A stretch of 64,000 bases of DNA from NCBI GenBank assembly GCA_000004985.1, contig GG738902.1; one strand, 5' to 3'. The DNA is from Naegleria gruberi. Taxonomy: Eukaryota. The translations under genes and the position numbers were made by a program. The notes under the pieces were generated by a model, which saw only the letters and a list, made by a program, of their open reading frames with translations, was not told the DNA's origin and made no database searches. Of this stretch, positions 1 through 10,672 are shown one piece after another; positions within the stretch are counted from its first letter, which is position 1, and the number at the start of each line of letters is the position of its first letter.

Positions 1-1
1 G

Positions 2-768
2 GAAGGTAAATTTGGAAAGGAAAGAGTTGCTGTATTGAATATGGCTAATCCAAATACACCTGGAGGTGGATACAAGGGAGGATGTGGGTAAGTTTCTTTC
101 AATATTATTTAATCCAAAAATTCATATTGAAACTATATTACAGAGCTCAAGAAGAAAATTTACACAGAAGATCAAACTTGTATCAATGCTTGGACAATTA
201 TGTAGACAAGATTGACAAGACTAGAACATGGAATTATCCAATAGGATATGAAAGTGGAGTCTATAGTCCAGATGTTACATTCTTCAGAGGATGTGAAGCT
301 AAGGGTTATCCACTCCTTTCTGCTCCAAGATTAGTCGATGTCATTACCACTGCTGCAGTTCCAAACTCTCTCAATCATGGTGATGGAGAAATTGATGAGA
401 GAAATATTGGCAGTATTGAGGCCATTTTAAAGATTGCAGTTCAACACGGAGTTAGAAATGTGGTCTTGTCGGCTCTTGGTTGTGGAGCTTTCAGAAACTC
501 TCCAACAGCAATTGCTAAAGTTTTCAAGGAAAAGATTGAAGGTCCACAATTCAAAGGCCACTTTGATAGACTCTACTTTGCAATCATTGAAGATCACAAC
601 TCAAAGAAGGGACATAATCCTGATGGAAATATCAAACCCTTTGTCCAAGTTTTCAATGATTATTTGAAGGATAGAACCGATGTAACAGAACTCACTGACT
701 CACAATTCAATTATGATTATGATAATATGAATGATGTATATCAGCAATACTATGAAGAAAGTAGGTGA
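2..768 (+). CDS. Microbial-type PARG-like macrodomain protein (DUF2263/TIGR02452-like), 5'-partial at the window edge. Exon 2..87, intron 88..143 (GTAAGT...TTACAG, 56 nt), exon 144..768.
   Basis: Frame 2 from position 2 reads EGKFGKERVAVLNMANPNTPGGGYKGGCG. After the intron the frame continues AQEENLHRRSNLY...LSALGCGAF. The N-x-A-N-x3-PGGG ... QEE signature is typical of bacterial-type PARG macrodomains. The ORF-track stop at 89-91 lies inside the predicted intron. Confidence 0.7.
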
Positions 769-1086
769 GAGTATTATCAAATTGTATAATAAATAATCAA
801 TATTAAATCCAATAACTATTAAATAATTGTACTCTCGCTTTCCGATAGCCAAATAAATATTTAATTCACCATATGGTGAGAATGACCGATTTCTTATAAT
901 TGTGTTGGCAGTCCTGAGCCCGAGGACACAAGCAGCAAATTAATTTTTTAAGCTTAACGAAATAGCACCTCCTCAATAAACTTAAAACTTCTCACACCGC
1001 CAAGTGCGCTCTGATTCGGACACCTCAAACACCAATGCTTAATTTCTCATTTTGCATTATGATAACAGAGAAAACAAGATAAAAAA

Positions 1087-2268
1087 ATGGAACAATCGGA
1101 AGTGACCATTGCATACTTTAATAATGGCCTTGATGTGCTGAGTATGTTGAGTAGGTGGCAAGTACCAAGCTCGGAATCTGTCATGATTTTCATGTCAAGT
1201 GTTTTGTTTTGCATTGTGGCGACATTGGTTCTTCCTGGAAAGATGGTTCAGGGAGTTCCATTGAAGGATGGATCGAGGATTACATACAAGATTAATGGAT
1301 TATCGGTTGTGTTGCTTGGAACTTTATTTTATGGATTGTTGTGCTATTTCAATTTCCAAATTGGGAATGAGCTTATTTATTCATTGGTTTGTAAGAGTTT
1401 TGGACAATTGCTGGTTACAAGTTTGGTGTTTAGTTTTCTATTGACCAGTTTCTTAAATTTGAGATGTGTCCTTCAACCAGAGAGAAGTAATTACGTTTAT
1501 CCTAAATGGAATATTATCATGAATTTTTGGTGTGGTGTTGAATTGAATCCACACATTTTTGGATTTGAAATTAAGCAATTTTCGTATAGACCTGCATTCT
1601 TAATGATTGGAATTTTGAATTTAAGTTTTGCTTTCGAACAGTTTCGTCTCTATCAAACACTTTCTCAAAATTTCATAACTTTCCAAATCATTAGTTTCCT
1701 CTACTTGATTGATTGTTTCGTATTTGAAGAAGGACTCATTTTCATGTTTGATATTATTGAGGAAAACTTTGGATTCATGTTAGTTTTTGGTGATTACATG
1801 TGGACTCCATTTATTTTCACACTTCAAAATTTATATTTGATTAATGACTTTAATGTTAATCATTTCCAAACAGTTGCCAATATTTTGATATTCATTGTTG
1901 GTTATATCATCTTTAGAGGAGCCAATAATCAAAAAATTACCTTCCGTCAAGATCCAAAACAAGTTTGGCTTGGACTAATCGAACCTAAAGTATTGGAAAC
2001 TTCTCGTGATAGAAAGCTGCTCATTTCTGGATTCTGGGGAATGGCCAGAAAGATTAATTATTTAGGAGATATCCTAGTGGCCATCTCTCAAAGTTTCCCA
2101 TGTCTTCAATGTGGCCATGTCCTTCCATGGATGTATCCAATTTATTTAACACCACTTTTACTTCACAGAGCCATGAGAGATAATGAAAGATGTAAGGAAA
2201 AGTATGGAAAGTTTTGGGATGAATATTGTTCAAAGGTTAGGTGGGTTATGATTCCTGGAATTTATTAG
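1087..2268 (+). CDS. Sterol reductase family protein (ERG4/ERG24/DHCR7-like)
   Basis: 393-aa multi-TM ORF starting at ATG 1087. The C-terminal motifs LLISGFWGMARKINYLGDIL and LLLHRAMRDNERCKEKYGKFWDEYCSKVRWVMIPGIY match the ERG4/ERG24 sterol reductase signature. The N-terminal LPGK...GVPLKDGSRITYKINGL also fits. Confidence 0.8.
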   Translation: MEQSEVTIAYFNNGLDVLSMLSRWQVPSSESVMIFMSSVLFCIVATLVLPGKMVQGVPLKDGSRITYKINGLSVVLLGTLFYGLLCYFNFQIGNELIYSLVCKSFGQLLVTSLVFSFLLTSFLNLRCVLQPERSNYVYPKWNIIMNFWCGVELNPHIFGFEIKQFSYRPAFLMIGILNLSFAFEQFRLYQTLSQNFITFQIISFLYLIDCFVFEEGLIFMFDIIEENFGFMLVFGDYMWTPFIFTLQNLYLINDFNVNHFQTVANILIFIVGYIIFRGANNQKITFRQDPKQVWLGLIEPKVLETSRDRKLLISGFWGMARKINYLGDILVAISQSFPCLQCGHVLPWMYPIYLTPLLLHRAMRDNERCKEKYGKFWDEYCSKVRWVMIPGIY

Positions 2269-2449
2269 AAATTTTTCGTAGAGATTAGAATAAACTTTCG
2301 AATTTTATGAAATTTAAAGTTTTTGAAAAGAATAATTTCAATGGCTTAATCATGATGTTTCTGATAAATAACTGAATGTAATATTTGTAGATGAAAACAT
2401 AGTCAAATGACGTCAACTGTCATCGATTAATAAAAATCAAATAAAAAAA

Positions 2450-3205
2450 ATGTCATCAGAGTTAATCGTGCCACCAACACCAAGAGGTGCAGCCTCTACA
2501 TCAGAAACAGCTCCAATCACTGAAATTGTAGCATTAAAAATTTCATACGAAATTCCAGAACAAATTTTATCCGAAAATGAACTTGATCAATCACACATTA
2601 GAATAACTTATTGTTTTCCTTCGGATACTTTAGTACAACAAGTTAAAAAACAATTTATTTCTCACTTGTTGGCTAAAGGAGTTGTTAATTTGGAAGTTTC
2701 TAATAAGAATGATGTAGATTCGAATACATTGGATCAGTTTCGTTTACTTGTTACAGGTGGAAAGGAATTATTAGTCGATAAAAAATCACTTCAAGAAAAT
2801 AGAATTGAAAATAATGGCAAACCACTTTCTGTCAATTTAATCAAAATTTCTAATAATCCATCCGAAACTGATGACGAAAATGTTGTAAACCTTTCAGATT
2901 ACGTCGAACGTGAAACTATCAAAATCAAAAAGAAACATGTCGAAGTCAAGCTCAGAATCCAAGAAAAAGTTGGTGATCAAGTTTTAACATGTGACATTTC
3001 CTGTAAAAACAATAAGAAATTTGGAGTCATTTCAAAAATGTATTGTCAACACAGAAATTATAATGCTGAAGATTTTGTGTTTGCAACAAGTGTTAATCAC
3101 GTCTTGTTGAAGAATGAAAAATCACTTTCAAGTATGGGAATGGTTGAGCAAGGAACTGTTTATGTTATTAATGTTTATCATAAGGATTTGGTTAGTTTTA
3201 AATAA
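2450..3205 (+). CDS. Hypothetical protein (251 aa); no recognisable domain.
   Basis: Long ORF with an ATG start, eukaryote-like composition and an A-rich upstream region. Confidence 0.45.
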   Translation: MSSELIVPPTPRGAASTSETAPITEIVALKISYEIPEQILSENELDQSHIRITYCFPSDTLVQQVKKQFISHLLAKGVVNLEVSNKNDVDSNTLDQFRLLVTGGKELLVDKKSLQENRIENNGKPLSVNLIKISNNPSETDDENVVNLSDYVERETIKIKKKHVEVKLRIQEKVGDQVLTCDISCKNNKKFGVISKMYCQHRNYNAEDFVFATSVNHVLLKNEKSLSSMGMVEQGTVYVINVYHKDLVSFK

Positions 3206-3269
3206 AGGAATTTTATGGAAATAAATCTATTGGAAAATTGAATTTTAACTCAAAATAGGAATGATGCAG

Positions 3270-3278
3270 AAAAAAAAA
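3270..3278 (-). terminator. Pol III T-run terminator (T9) 6 nt downstream of the tRNA-Ala 3' end.
   Basis: The plus strand has A9 at 3270-3278. On the minus strand this follows the tRNA as ...CATCTCCACTTACC then TTTTTTTTT. Confidence 0.7.
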
Positions 3279-3284
3279 GGTAAG

Positions 3285-3357
3285 TGGAGATGCGGGGTAT
3301 CGATCCCCGTACCTCTTCCATGCTAAAGAAGCGCTCTACCATGTGAGCTACATCCCC
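3285..3357 (-). tRNA. tRNA-Ala (anticodon AGC), nuclear pol III type, 73 nt, no encoded CCA.
   Basis: The minus strand reads GGGGATGTAGCTCACATGGTAGAGCGCTTCTTTAGCATGGAAGAGGTACGGGGATCGATACCCCGCATCTCCA. Acceptor stem is 7 bp with the G3:U70 Ala identity pair. D-arm is GCTC/GAGC. Anticodon stem is CTTCT/GGAAG with loop TTAGCAT. T-arm is CGGGG/CCCCG. Discriminator is A. Confidence 0.9.
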
Positions 3358-3632
3358 TTACATTCTTTTCGAAAACAAGTCTTAATACAACGTTGAAGAA
3401 CGATTTTTACCAGCTGGCAAGATCAAGAAATTCAAGTGTTATTTCAACAAATTATTAATAATTGAACTTAGCACATAATATTAATTTTCTCTCGGAACAT
3501 ACCTCAATTTCCGAAGTCAGACACCACTCAAAAAAAAAATGCACATCGGAATTTCACTCCCTTACTTAAATCTCACTCTTCTTTTCCGATGCCAATCAAT
3601 GAAAAAAACAAGAAAACATCAATATCTTCCAG

Positions 3633-4145
3633 ATGGCCAAAAACAAGACTGCCAAATCTCAAACTCCTCAAGTGAAACCTCAAATCCAAAAGATTGAAAA
3701 ACAACATCAACAAATCAATAATGATTTGAATAAGCAATTGAAGAAGGAAAATTCCGAAAAGAAGAAGCAACATCAAACTTCCTCAGATGCTGCTTTAAAG
3801 AATCAAGAGAGCAAGCAAGTGTCTTCAACAGGTTCATCTCCAGAAAATATTAAGACAGAAGTTACTCCTTCCAATAATCAGGCAACATCAGATTTGTCTC
3901 CTTCTTCCGAGAGCAAATCAAATGATAAGAGGGAGAAAACAATGGAAAGAATTAGAAAGGTGGTAAAACAATTGAAGGAAGATCAAAAGAAGGAAGAAAA
4001 GAAATCAAAAGTTTTGAAAACTCCACTTATTGAAGAAATTAACGAATCGGAGGAGAAGGAATGTCAATCTTCTGAATCATCTTCAGAGAAGAAAGAAGAA
4101 AACGAACGAAATGACGCAGAAGCAAGTACTGTTGAATGTAAATAA
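3633..4145 (+). CDS. K/E/S-rich low-complexity protein (170 aa), possibly nuclear or nucleolar.
   Basis: ORF with an ATG start. Highly charged and Ser-rich; no known domain. Confidence 0.4.
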   Translation: MAKNKTAKSQTPQVKPQIQKIEKQHQQINNDLNKQLKKENSEKKKQHQTSSDAALKNQESKQVSSTGSSPENIKTEVTPSNNQATSDLSPSSESKSNDKREKTMERIRKVVKQLKEDQKKEEKKSKVLKTPLIEEINESEEKECQSSESSSEKKEENERNDAEASTVECK

Positions 4146-4183
4146 ATATTGAAAAGTTTAGTTTTGGTTTATTGGTGATCAAT

Positions 4184-5551
4184 TTACAGAATAGAGGTAG
4201 TGATTGGTTTGGAAAGATAGGATGACTTCCTTCGGGTAGGAAGTGTTTTGGAAGCTACAGAATTGAGAAGATTATCATTTTCTTGTTGTAGTTTGAGGAT
4301 TGTCTCTTCACGATCTAATCTCATCTTGTCAGCTTCATTAATGTGTGAAAATAGTTCAGAAATAGTTCGTTCTTGTTTTTTGGCAACTGTTTGAAGGTTG
4401 ATACTATTAGATTGTTCTCTCTTGACTTGTTCCTGAAGTTGCTTGATTTTCTGTTCAAGTTGTTGAATGGTATCTCGTTGTTGCTTTATCATTTCATCCT
4501 CTTCTTGTAGTCTCTTTCTATTCTTGTAAGGGGGCAGCCATTTATCGTGTTCAACCTTGAGCATTTCTTGTAAGAGTTTGTGATGCAGTGATGCAATAGA
4601 ATTTTTGGACTCATCTTCCAAAGATTTATCCACACTTTCAATTTCAGTTTCTCGACTTCCAACAATTTTCACTCTCGATTCACTCAAGAGATTGGCAAGC
4701 TTTTCCTTATCGAGACTGTTTTGAGTCTTTCCATCTTTTTCATGGAGCATGGTATTGAATGAAATGACGAGCCTGGATAAGGTTTGAGCTCTATCATGCC
4801 ATCGTTCTGCCCAATCATCAGAAATTTCCTTCTGTTGAGCCAACTCGTGGTTTCTATTCAAAAGAGTGGCATTCTGGGATTCAATTTGTGCTAAACGAGT
4901 TCTCAGCATTTCATTCTCTGTGTGAACATCTTTTGAAATGTCCTTTTGTGCACACAGATTTGCGTGAAGATAATTATTCGTCCTCACTGAATCCACAACT
5001 ATATGTTCATATTGTTTTTTACATTCTTTCTTTGTTTTGTTCAATTTTCCCTTCAAATGATCAATTTTCTGATCCCTCTTAGCTAAACTCAAATGTACAG
5101 AGAGTGGATCCATATCCAAGCATGCCCTTTCATATCTATCCTTCGTCGTTTCATCCAATGAATAATTACTATCAGAGTCTAACGAAGCAATGGAAGACAA
5201 GGAATTTGATCTTTTCAATCTTCCACCATCTCCACTTCCTCTCCTTAAATTACTAGATGATGATGATGAAAATGATGGCAACAAGTGCCTATAATAATAA
5301 TAAGGCATGTAAGGATAATAACGATTCGGAATGGAAAAGGCATCATCAACAGAACCGTGCCAAAGTACTGAAGAGGACGGAGCTGATGGATAATGATCAT
5401 AGGGATCTGCTCCTGCTGGCCAAACACTTGATGAATAGGGTCCTCCCCAACGATGATAATTGACCATTTTTTTTAAATCCTTTTTATTTACGATTTTTTT
5501 ATTACCAACACTTGACTTCATTTTCTGTAATGAATAACAAGCAGCAACCAA
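4184..5551 (-). CDS. Coiled-coil protein (455 aa), Q/E/K-rich heptad regions.
   Basis: Long minus-strand ORF. The central region, about 200 aa, has a coiled-coil-like composition (QQLEQKIKQLQEQVKREQ...). The N-terminus is S/Y/P-rich. Confidence 0.5.
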   Translation of the reverse strand: MVAACYSLQKMKSSVGNKKIVNKKDLKKMVNYHRWGGPYSSSVWPAGADPYDHYPSAPSSSVLWHGSVDDAFSIPNRYYPYMPYYYYRHLLPSFSSSSSSNLRRGSGDGGRLKRSNSLSSIASLDSDSNYSLDETTKDRYERACLDMDPLSVHLSLAKRDQKIDHLKGKLNKTKKECKKQYEHIVVDSVRTNNYLHANLCAQKDISKDVHTENEMLRTRLAQIESQNATLLNRNHELAQQKEISDDWAERWHDRAQTLSRLVISFNTMLHEKDGKTQNSLDKEKLANLLSESRVKIVGSRETEIESVDKSLEDESKNSIASLHHKLLQEMLKVEHDKWLPPYKNRKRLQEEDEMIKQQRDTIQQLEQKIKQLQEQVKREQSNSINLQTVAKKQERTISELFSHINEADKMRLDREETILKLQQENDNLLNSVASKTLPTRRKSSYLSKPITTSIL

Positions 5552-5895
5552 CGCAAGGATGCAAATTCAGTCATTGCTCTTGTTGCTATTCGCATCAATA
5601 TTTACCACTATTTGCCGTGCCGTTATTAAATTGGCTCAAACAAATACTTGAACCAACAAGGCAAATCTTATTACCATGAACCTCAAATCAAGCAACAAGA
5701 TAACACCTCAACAATTTCATTAATACATAACACCAATTCGGCACTTGCTAGCCTTTTATTTTCACTTGTCTTGTTGTCACTTGGAAGGATAAATTGTGGC
5801 ATAAGTTCTTTTAGAGTAATTAGTCAATTAAATTTCAATTGAACTCTTTAGTCTAAGCCCTTGCAATTAATTGATATCAAAAAAAATCTGCAAAG

Positions 5896-8800
5896 ATGCC
5901 ACTACACCAAACTTTCATCTACACTGGGAAGCTACAACCAGACGAAACTAAACATACAACATTTCCAACAACAAGAACAATATCGCGGAATAGTCGAATT
6001 TCTTTCTCTTCATCAACTATAACCACAAATTTAATTATTTCAATTCTACTGCTAGCATTTATCACCTCTCTCATACAATCTCTATATTATCAGATAGTGT
6101 ATTCATCCAACAATGACAACAAACTTTATAGTCACACATTCTTTGTGAATGCTGCCACTACATGCTATGGTGTTGACAGCACGGATCCTAGTGTTTGCTC
6201 GGGTAATGGAAATTGTACCAGTAAGAATAATTGTGAGTGCAATGATGGATTTAGTGGAAACAAATGTCAAACAGAGACGGTGAAATGTTATGGTGTAGTA
6301 GATACTGATCCTACAGTATGTTCAGGTCATGGAAATTGCTCTAGTAAGAATAATTGTCTGTGTGATTCAGGGTACAGTGGTAACAAGTGTCAAACCTTTG
6401 ATGGTACTAGTTCGATATCGTGTTATGGAATCGATTCGACAGATAGTTCAGTTTGTAATTACAATGGTAATTGCACAGCAACGAATAATTGCGTTTGTAA
6501 TCAAGGATATAGTGGAAATCAGTGCCAAACATTGGATAGCTCTTTTAAATGTTATGGAGTTGACTCTACTGACGTTTCTGTTTGTAATGGAAATGGAAAT
6601 TGTACATCAACTAATAATTGTGTCTGCAAATCTGGTTACACTGGGAATCAATGTCAAAATGAAGATAGTTCATTTAAATGCTACGGGGTTGACTCGACAG
6701 ATATCTCTGTTTGTAGCGGAAATGGAAATTGTACAAGCTCAAACAATTGCGAATGCAAATCTGGTTATACTGGTAATCAATGTCAATCAATTGATAGCTC
6801 TTTCAAGTGTTATGGTGTTGATTCGATAGATATCTCTGTTTGCAATGGAAATGGTAATTGCACTAGTTCAAATAATTGTGTTTGTAAATCTGGTTACAGT
6901 GGAAATCAATGTCAAACCTATGATGGCGGTAATAGTGGTTCATTTAAATGCTATGGAGTTGATTCTAGTGATATCTCTGTTTGTAGTGGAAACGGTAACT
7001 GTACTTCTGCTAATAATTGTGAATGTAAGGCAGGTTATAGCGGCAATCAATGCCAAACCTTCTCTACCTCTTTTAAGTGTTATGGTGTTGATTCGACAGA
7101 TAGTTCAGTTTGTAATGGAAATGGCAATTGCACCTCCTCTAATAATTGCGAATGTAAATCTGGATACACAGGAAACCAATGTCAATCAATTGATAGCTCG
7201 TTCAAGTGTTATGGTGTTGATTCGATGGATGTCTCTGTTTGCAATGGAAATGGTAATTGCACTAGTTCAAACAACTGTGTTTGTAAATCTGGTTACAGTG
7301 GGAATCAATGTCAAAACAATGATGGCAGTAGCACCATTAAATGTTATGGTATTGATTCGACTGACCCATCAGTTTGCTCAGGTCATGGTATCTGTTCCTC
7401 AACCAACGACTGCCAATGTGAAAATGGTTACAGTGGAAATAAGTGTCAAACCTTTGCAAACGAAACATCTACTTTCAAATGTTATGGTGTAGATTCTTCG
7501 GATCCTACTGTTTGCTCTGGTAATGGAAACTGTACATCCACCAACAATTGCCAATGCCAATCAGGATTCAGTGGAAATAAGTGTCAAACTACAGTTAATT
7601 ATTGCTTTGGTTATGATGAAAATGATAACAATGTTTGTGGTGGTCCAGATCGAGGAAAATGTACATCTAACGATGTTTGTGAATGTAAGGGAAGCTACGT
7701 TGGTTACGATTGTGGTGCTTTTGTTTCAGACAAATCACTCATCAAAATAACCTCAAAATATTCAAAGATTCTAAGCACCAATACTGACATTAATTTCATA
7801 ACAATTAGTATTCCAAAGCTCACTAACAGCTACAAGGGAATTGAGAATAGACTCAAGAGTACTTTGGTGATTTTCAGCAGTAATGTTACTATTGATTATT
7901 CCACTACTGGAATGATTGAACAGTTTCAATTGTATAAGAACATGACACTTGGCGTCTACTCTCTCAATTTAACCATTGTTGATACTACTTATAACATTCA
8001 AGTTGCTGCTACTGTTGAGAGCTCAATATTTTCTATACTGACTCTTGAACAAACTACTCAAAGTGTGGATACCTTGACAGCAAAAGAAATTGCACAAGTT
8101 ACAAAGCAATTGAACCAAATTACAAACCAACAACAATTTATTTCTACTGTGGTTTCTACTTTGAAAGAGAATGTTAATAATTACACAATTGATGATGGTT
8201 TAGATTTGACTTCGTCACTATTAGATATTTCCAATGTCAAGTTGGATACTAAATCTAAACTGGGAATATCTGAAACCCTAAAATCATATGCTCAAAATAT
8301 GATCGAAAAGTTTGACAATTTCACAACAGAACAAGTCAAACCAGTTGCAATTAACATCGTTTCTGTTGCCTCAAATATTTTAAATCAATCTATATTTACT
8401 GAACCATCATCTAAATTTGTGGTTATCGGTAATTCTATTCAATCCGTTGAAAAGACACTTTCCCTTGTTACGATTGTTAATCCAACAGAAAATTTATCAA
8501 TTGAAACTTCGATGATTAAGGTTCTTCTCATTTCAAAATCAGAATACAAGAATTTACATACTATAGATAAGGATTATACTCTTAATCTTCCAGAATTGGG
8601 GTTTGAATATTCGTTTGGTTTGGTAAAATATGAAAATTACTTGACAGAAGATTTGCAAAACACAAGTTCAATTTCTGACATTTTGCAAGTGAGACCAATG
8701 TTGAATGGTGTTTTTAGCCCTCTCAGACATTTATCCACTCCATTCAATTTGACTTTCTCTATCAAACATTTCGGTGCGCCACCAAGTAATGAAACAGTTG

Positions 8801-10590
8801 CAACTGTGGTTTGCAAATATTGGAACGAAACAACTAATGAATGGTTGAGTGATGGATGTAGCACCACAATCCTTTCGGCTGATCAAGTCTTGTGCTCATG
8901 CTATCACACAACAAAGTTTTCCTCCTTTGTGGATTATTCTAAAGTGAATTTCAGTACCAGAACTATTCAGACATCACTAGCCGTTGCCAACATCATTTTC
9001 AGTTCCTTATTTATTGCTGCAATTCTAGTTATCCTTGTGTTGTTGGTAATTTTCAGAAAATCCCAACCTGTAAAATCAAGATTTATTACTCCCTACTTTG
9101 CATTAACTGCCCTATTGATTGATAATTTGGTTTCTGGTATTATTGCCAAAGGACTTTTACTTGGAAATTACTCATTCAATGTAGTTATCATGACAAGTGT
9201 CTGTGCAGTAATTTCAAGTGCACTATTGGCAAGTGCAGTCTGGTGCTATTTTGTCATGTCCATTCGTTTCATCATCCACAGATACTTTTACGAATACATG
9301 ATGAGAGTGGTTGAGAACAGACAACAAAAGAATGCCGTTTTGGTTAAGATTTTGAACATTTTCAAACAGGATAAGCTTCTCATCTTGTCTAGTTTGATGA
9401 TTGGTTTTGGTTTTGTCTTGTACTTTACCATTTTTATCATTTTGAAGGGAGTGGATGCTTTCTCTGATTCTCAATTCACTTACTCAACAACCATTTCATT
9501 GTTTATTATTTTACTTTTCATGACGGCGATGGTAATTGCTATTTACATTTTAGACTTTTATTTGGACTTTACAAACAAACAATTAAGAGATGAATTAGTT
9601 GACATATCTGATGAAATAATGTTATTAGAAAGTGGAGATTCAAGCTTGAACAATCTCAATTCTAGAAAATCCCTTAAAATTACAAAACCTTTCGTTGATT
9701 TGTTGGAACAATCCCATATTAAGAAGTTTTTCAATTTATTCTACTCAAATGACAAGTTAATGTTCAGACCTGAGGCCATTTTCTTCATGTTAGGTATTTC
9801 ATTCTTTACCATTTCTTACTGCTTGGGATTTGCCAGTGTCCATGACCGTTACGTATCAAATCCAACTTCTACACAAATTCAAACAGTCGACATTCTCGAT
9901 GCAGTTGCATTCCTTTTTGAAGTCTTGATGACCGTTTGTTTGATTACTAGCTTTGGAGGTTTCTCTGTTGGTTGGGCCATTTTCACTGAAACCAGAAAGA
10001 GAAGTTGCTTCAAGGAATCCAGACAAGCTTCTGTCAATGCTGAGAGAATCAAATCTCAAAGACTTGAAAGCTACGAGGATCTTACCAACAGGTTTGATGT
10101 TTACAAGCTCATGAAGAACAAGTACTTGTTAAGACTCTTCCAACAATATGCCAAGTTGGAAATGTCACTAGAAAATTATATTGTTTGGATGCGAATTGAA
10201 CATGCCAGATCTAAATTTGCCAAATTGTGGGTTGATATGGATGGAGAAGCAGCATCTATCGAGGAATGGAATTCACTCTTGGAGGAATTACTTGGATGGC
10301 TAAAGGATCACTTGGATCCAGATGCAGAACTCGCTCTCAATGTCAGCCACCACTCTGTTAAACAATTCATTGCTGCTGTGCATATGCTAGAAAGCAAAAT
10401 TGACACCATTTCAACTAAGAACAGAGATTCCCTATTCAATTTGAAAGAAATGGTTAGACAAGCCATTGATTCATTAATCATCGATGTTCTCTACAATTTA
10501 ACAGACACCTATTCAAGATTTATCATCACGGATGAATACAAAGCTCTCAAAGAAGTAGAATCTGTTACCGAAATGAATACTTTCAAATAA
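5896..10590 (+). CDS. Adhesion-GPCR-like receptor (1564 aa): N-terminal signal/anchor, about 17 tandem EGF-like repeats, GPS/GAIN-like motif, 7TM region, C-terminal RGS domain.
   Basis: EGF units follow CYGVDSTDxSVCSGNGNCTSxNNCxCxxGYSGNxCQ. GPS-like motif is CKYWNETTNEWLSDGCSTTILSADQVLCSCYHTTKFSSF. Seven hydrophobic helices follow. The C-terminal YEDLTNRFDVYKLMKNKYLLRLFQQYAKLEMSLENYIVWMRIEHA ... LTDTYSRFIITDEYKAL resembles the RGS fold (EFSEENLEFW ... DSYPRFLKS). Continuous ORF, no intron seen. Confidence 0.75.
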   Translation: MPLHQTFIYTGKLQPDETKHTTFPTTRTISRNSRISFSSSTITTNLIISILLLAFITSLIQSLYYQIVYSSNNDNKLYSHTFFVNAATTCYGVDSTDPSVCSGNGNCTSKNNCECNDGFSGNKCQTETVKCYGVVDTDPTVCSGHGNCSSKNNCLCDSGYSGNKCQTFDGTSSISCYGIDSTDSSVCNYNGNCTATNNCVCNQGYSGNQCQTLDSSFKCYGVDSTDVSVCNGNGNCTSTNNCVCKSGYTGNQCQNEDSSFKCYGVDSTDISVCSGNGNCTSSNNCECKSGYTGNQCQSIDSSFKCYGVDSIDISVCNGNGNCTSSNNCVCKSGYSGNQCQTYDGGNSGSFKCYGVDSSDISVCSGNGNCTSANNCECKAGYSGNQCQTFSTSFKCYGVDSTDSSVCNGNGNCTSSNNCECKSGYTGNQCQSIDSSFKCYGVDSMDVSVCNGNGNCTSSNNCVCKSGYSGNQCQNNDGSSTIKCYGIDSTDPSVCSGHGICSSTNDCQCENGYSGNKCQTFANETSTFKCYGVDSSDPTVCSGNGNCTSTNNCQCQSGFSGNKCQTTVNYCFGYDENDNNVCGGPDRGKCTSNDVCECKGSYVGYDCGAFVSDKSLIKITSKYSKILSTNTDINFITISIPKLTNSYKGIENRLKSTLVIFSSNVTIDYSTTGMIEQFQLYKNMTLGVYSLNLTIVDTTYNIQVAATVESSIFSILTLEQTTQSVDTLTAKEIAQVTKQLNQITNQQQFISTVVSTLKENVNNYTIDDGLDLTSSLLDISNVKLDTKSKLGISETLKSYAQNMIEKFDNFTTEQVKPVAINIVSVASNILNQSIFTEPSSKFVVIGNSIQSVEKTLSLVTIVNPTENLSIETSMIKVLLISKSEYKNLHTIDKDYTLNLPELGFEYSFGLVKYENYLTEDLQNTSSISDILQVRPMLNGVFSPLRHLSTPFNLTFSIKHFGAPPSNETVATVVCKYWNETTNEWLSDGCSTTILSADQVLCSCYHTTKFSSFVDYSKVNFSTRTIQTSLAVANIIFSSLFIAAILVILVLLVIFRKSQPVKSRFITPYFALTALLIDNLVSGIIAKGLLLGNYSFNVVIMTSVCAVISSALLASAVWCYFVMSIRFIIHRYFYEYMMRVVENRQQKNAVLVKILNIFKQDKLLILSSLMIGFGFVLYFTIFIILKGVDAFSDSQFTYSTTISLFIILLFMTAMVIAIYILDFYLDFTNKQLRDELVDISDEIMLLESGDSSLNNLNSRKSLKITKPFVDLLEQSHIKKFFNLFYSNDKLMFRPEAIFFMLGISFFTISYCLGFASVHDRYVSNPTSTQIQTVDILDAVAFLFEVLMTVCLITSFGGFSVGWAIFTETRKRSCFKESRQASVNAERIKSQRLESYEDLTNRFDVYKLMKNKYLLRLFQQYAKLEMSLENYIVWMRIEHARSKFAKLWVDMDGEAASIEEWNSLLEELLGWLKDHLDPDAELALNVSHHSVKQFIAAVHMLESKIDTISTKNRDSLFNLKEMVRQAIDSLIIDVLYNLTDTYSRFIITDEYKALKEVESVTEMNTFK
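6160..7720 (+). repeat. In-frame tandem array of about 150-bp units encoding the EGF-like repeats; accounts for the overlapping ORF-track artefacts at 6329..6829 and 6845..7492.
   Basis: Near-identical stretches recur every roughly 150 nt, for example tgttatggtgttgattcgacagat... and ggaaatggaaattgtac. Confidence 0.8.
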
Positions 10591-10672
10591 AATTTATTCA
10601 GGAAGCACGTATGATTAAGGCAAAGTTTTATTTAAATCCACGTATACTTTACTTCTTTATAAAATGAGATAA

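Noticed and set aside
6329-7492. ORF-track entries 6329..6829 and 6845..7492, hydrophobic reading frames inside the EGF-repeat region.
   Set aside because: They lie in the +1/+2 frames of the 150-bp coding tandem repeat of the 5896..10590 gene. Periodic DNA keeps alternative frames open. There is no independent start context or domain.
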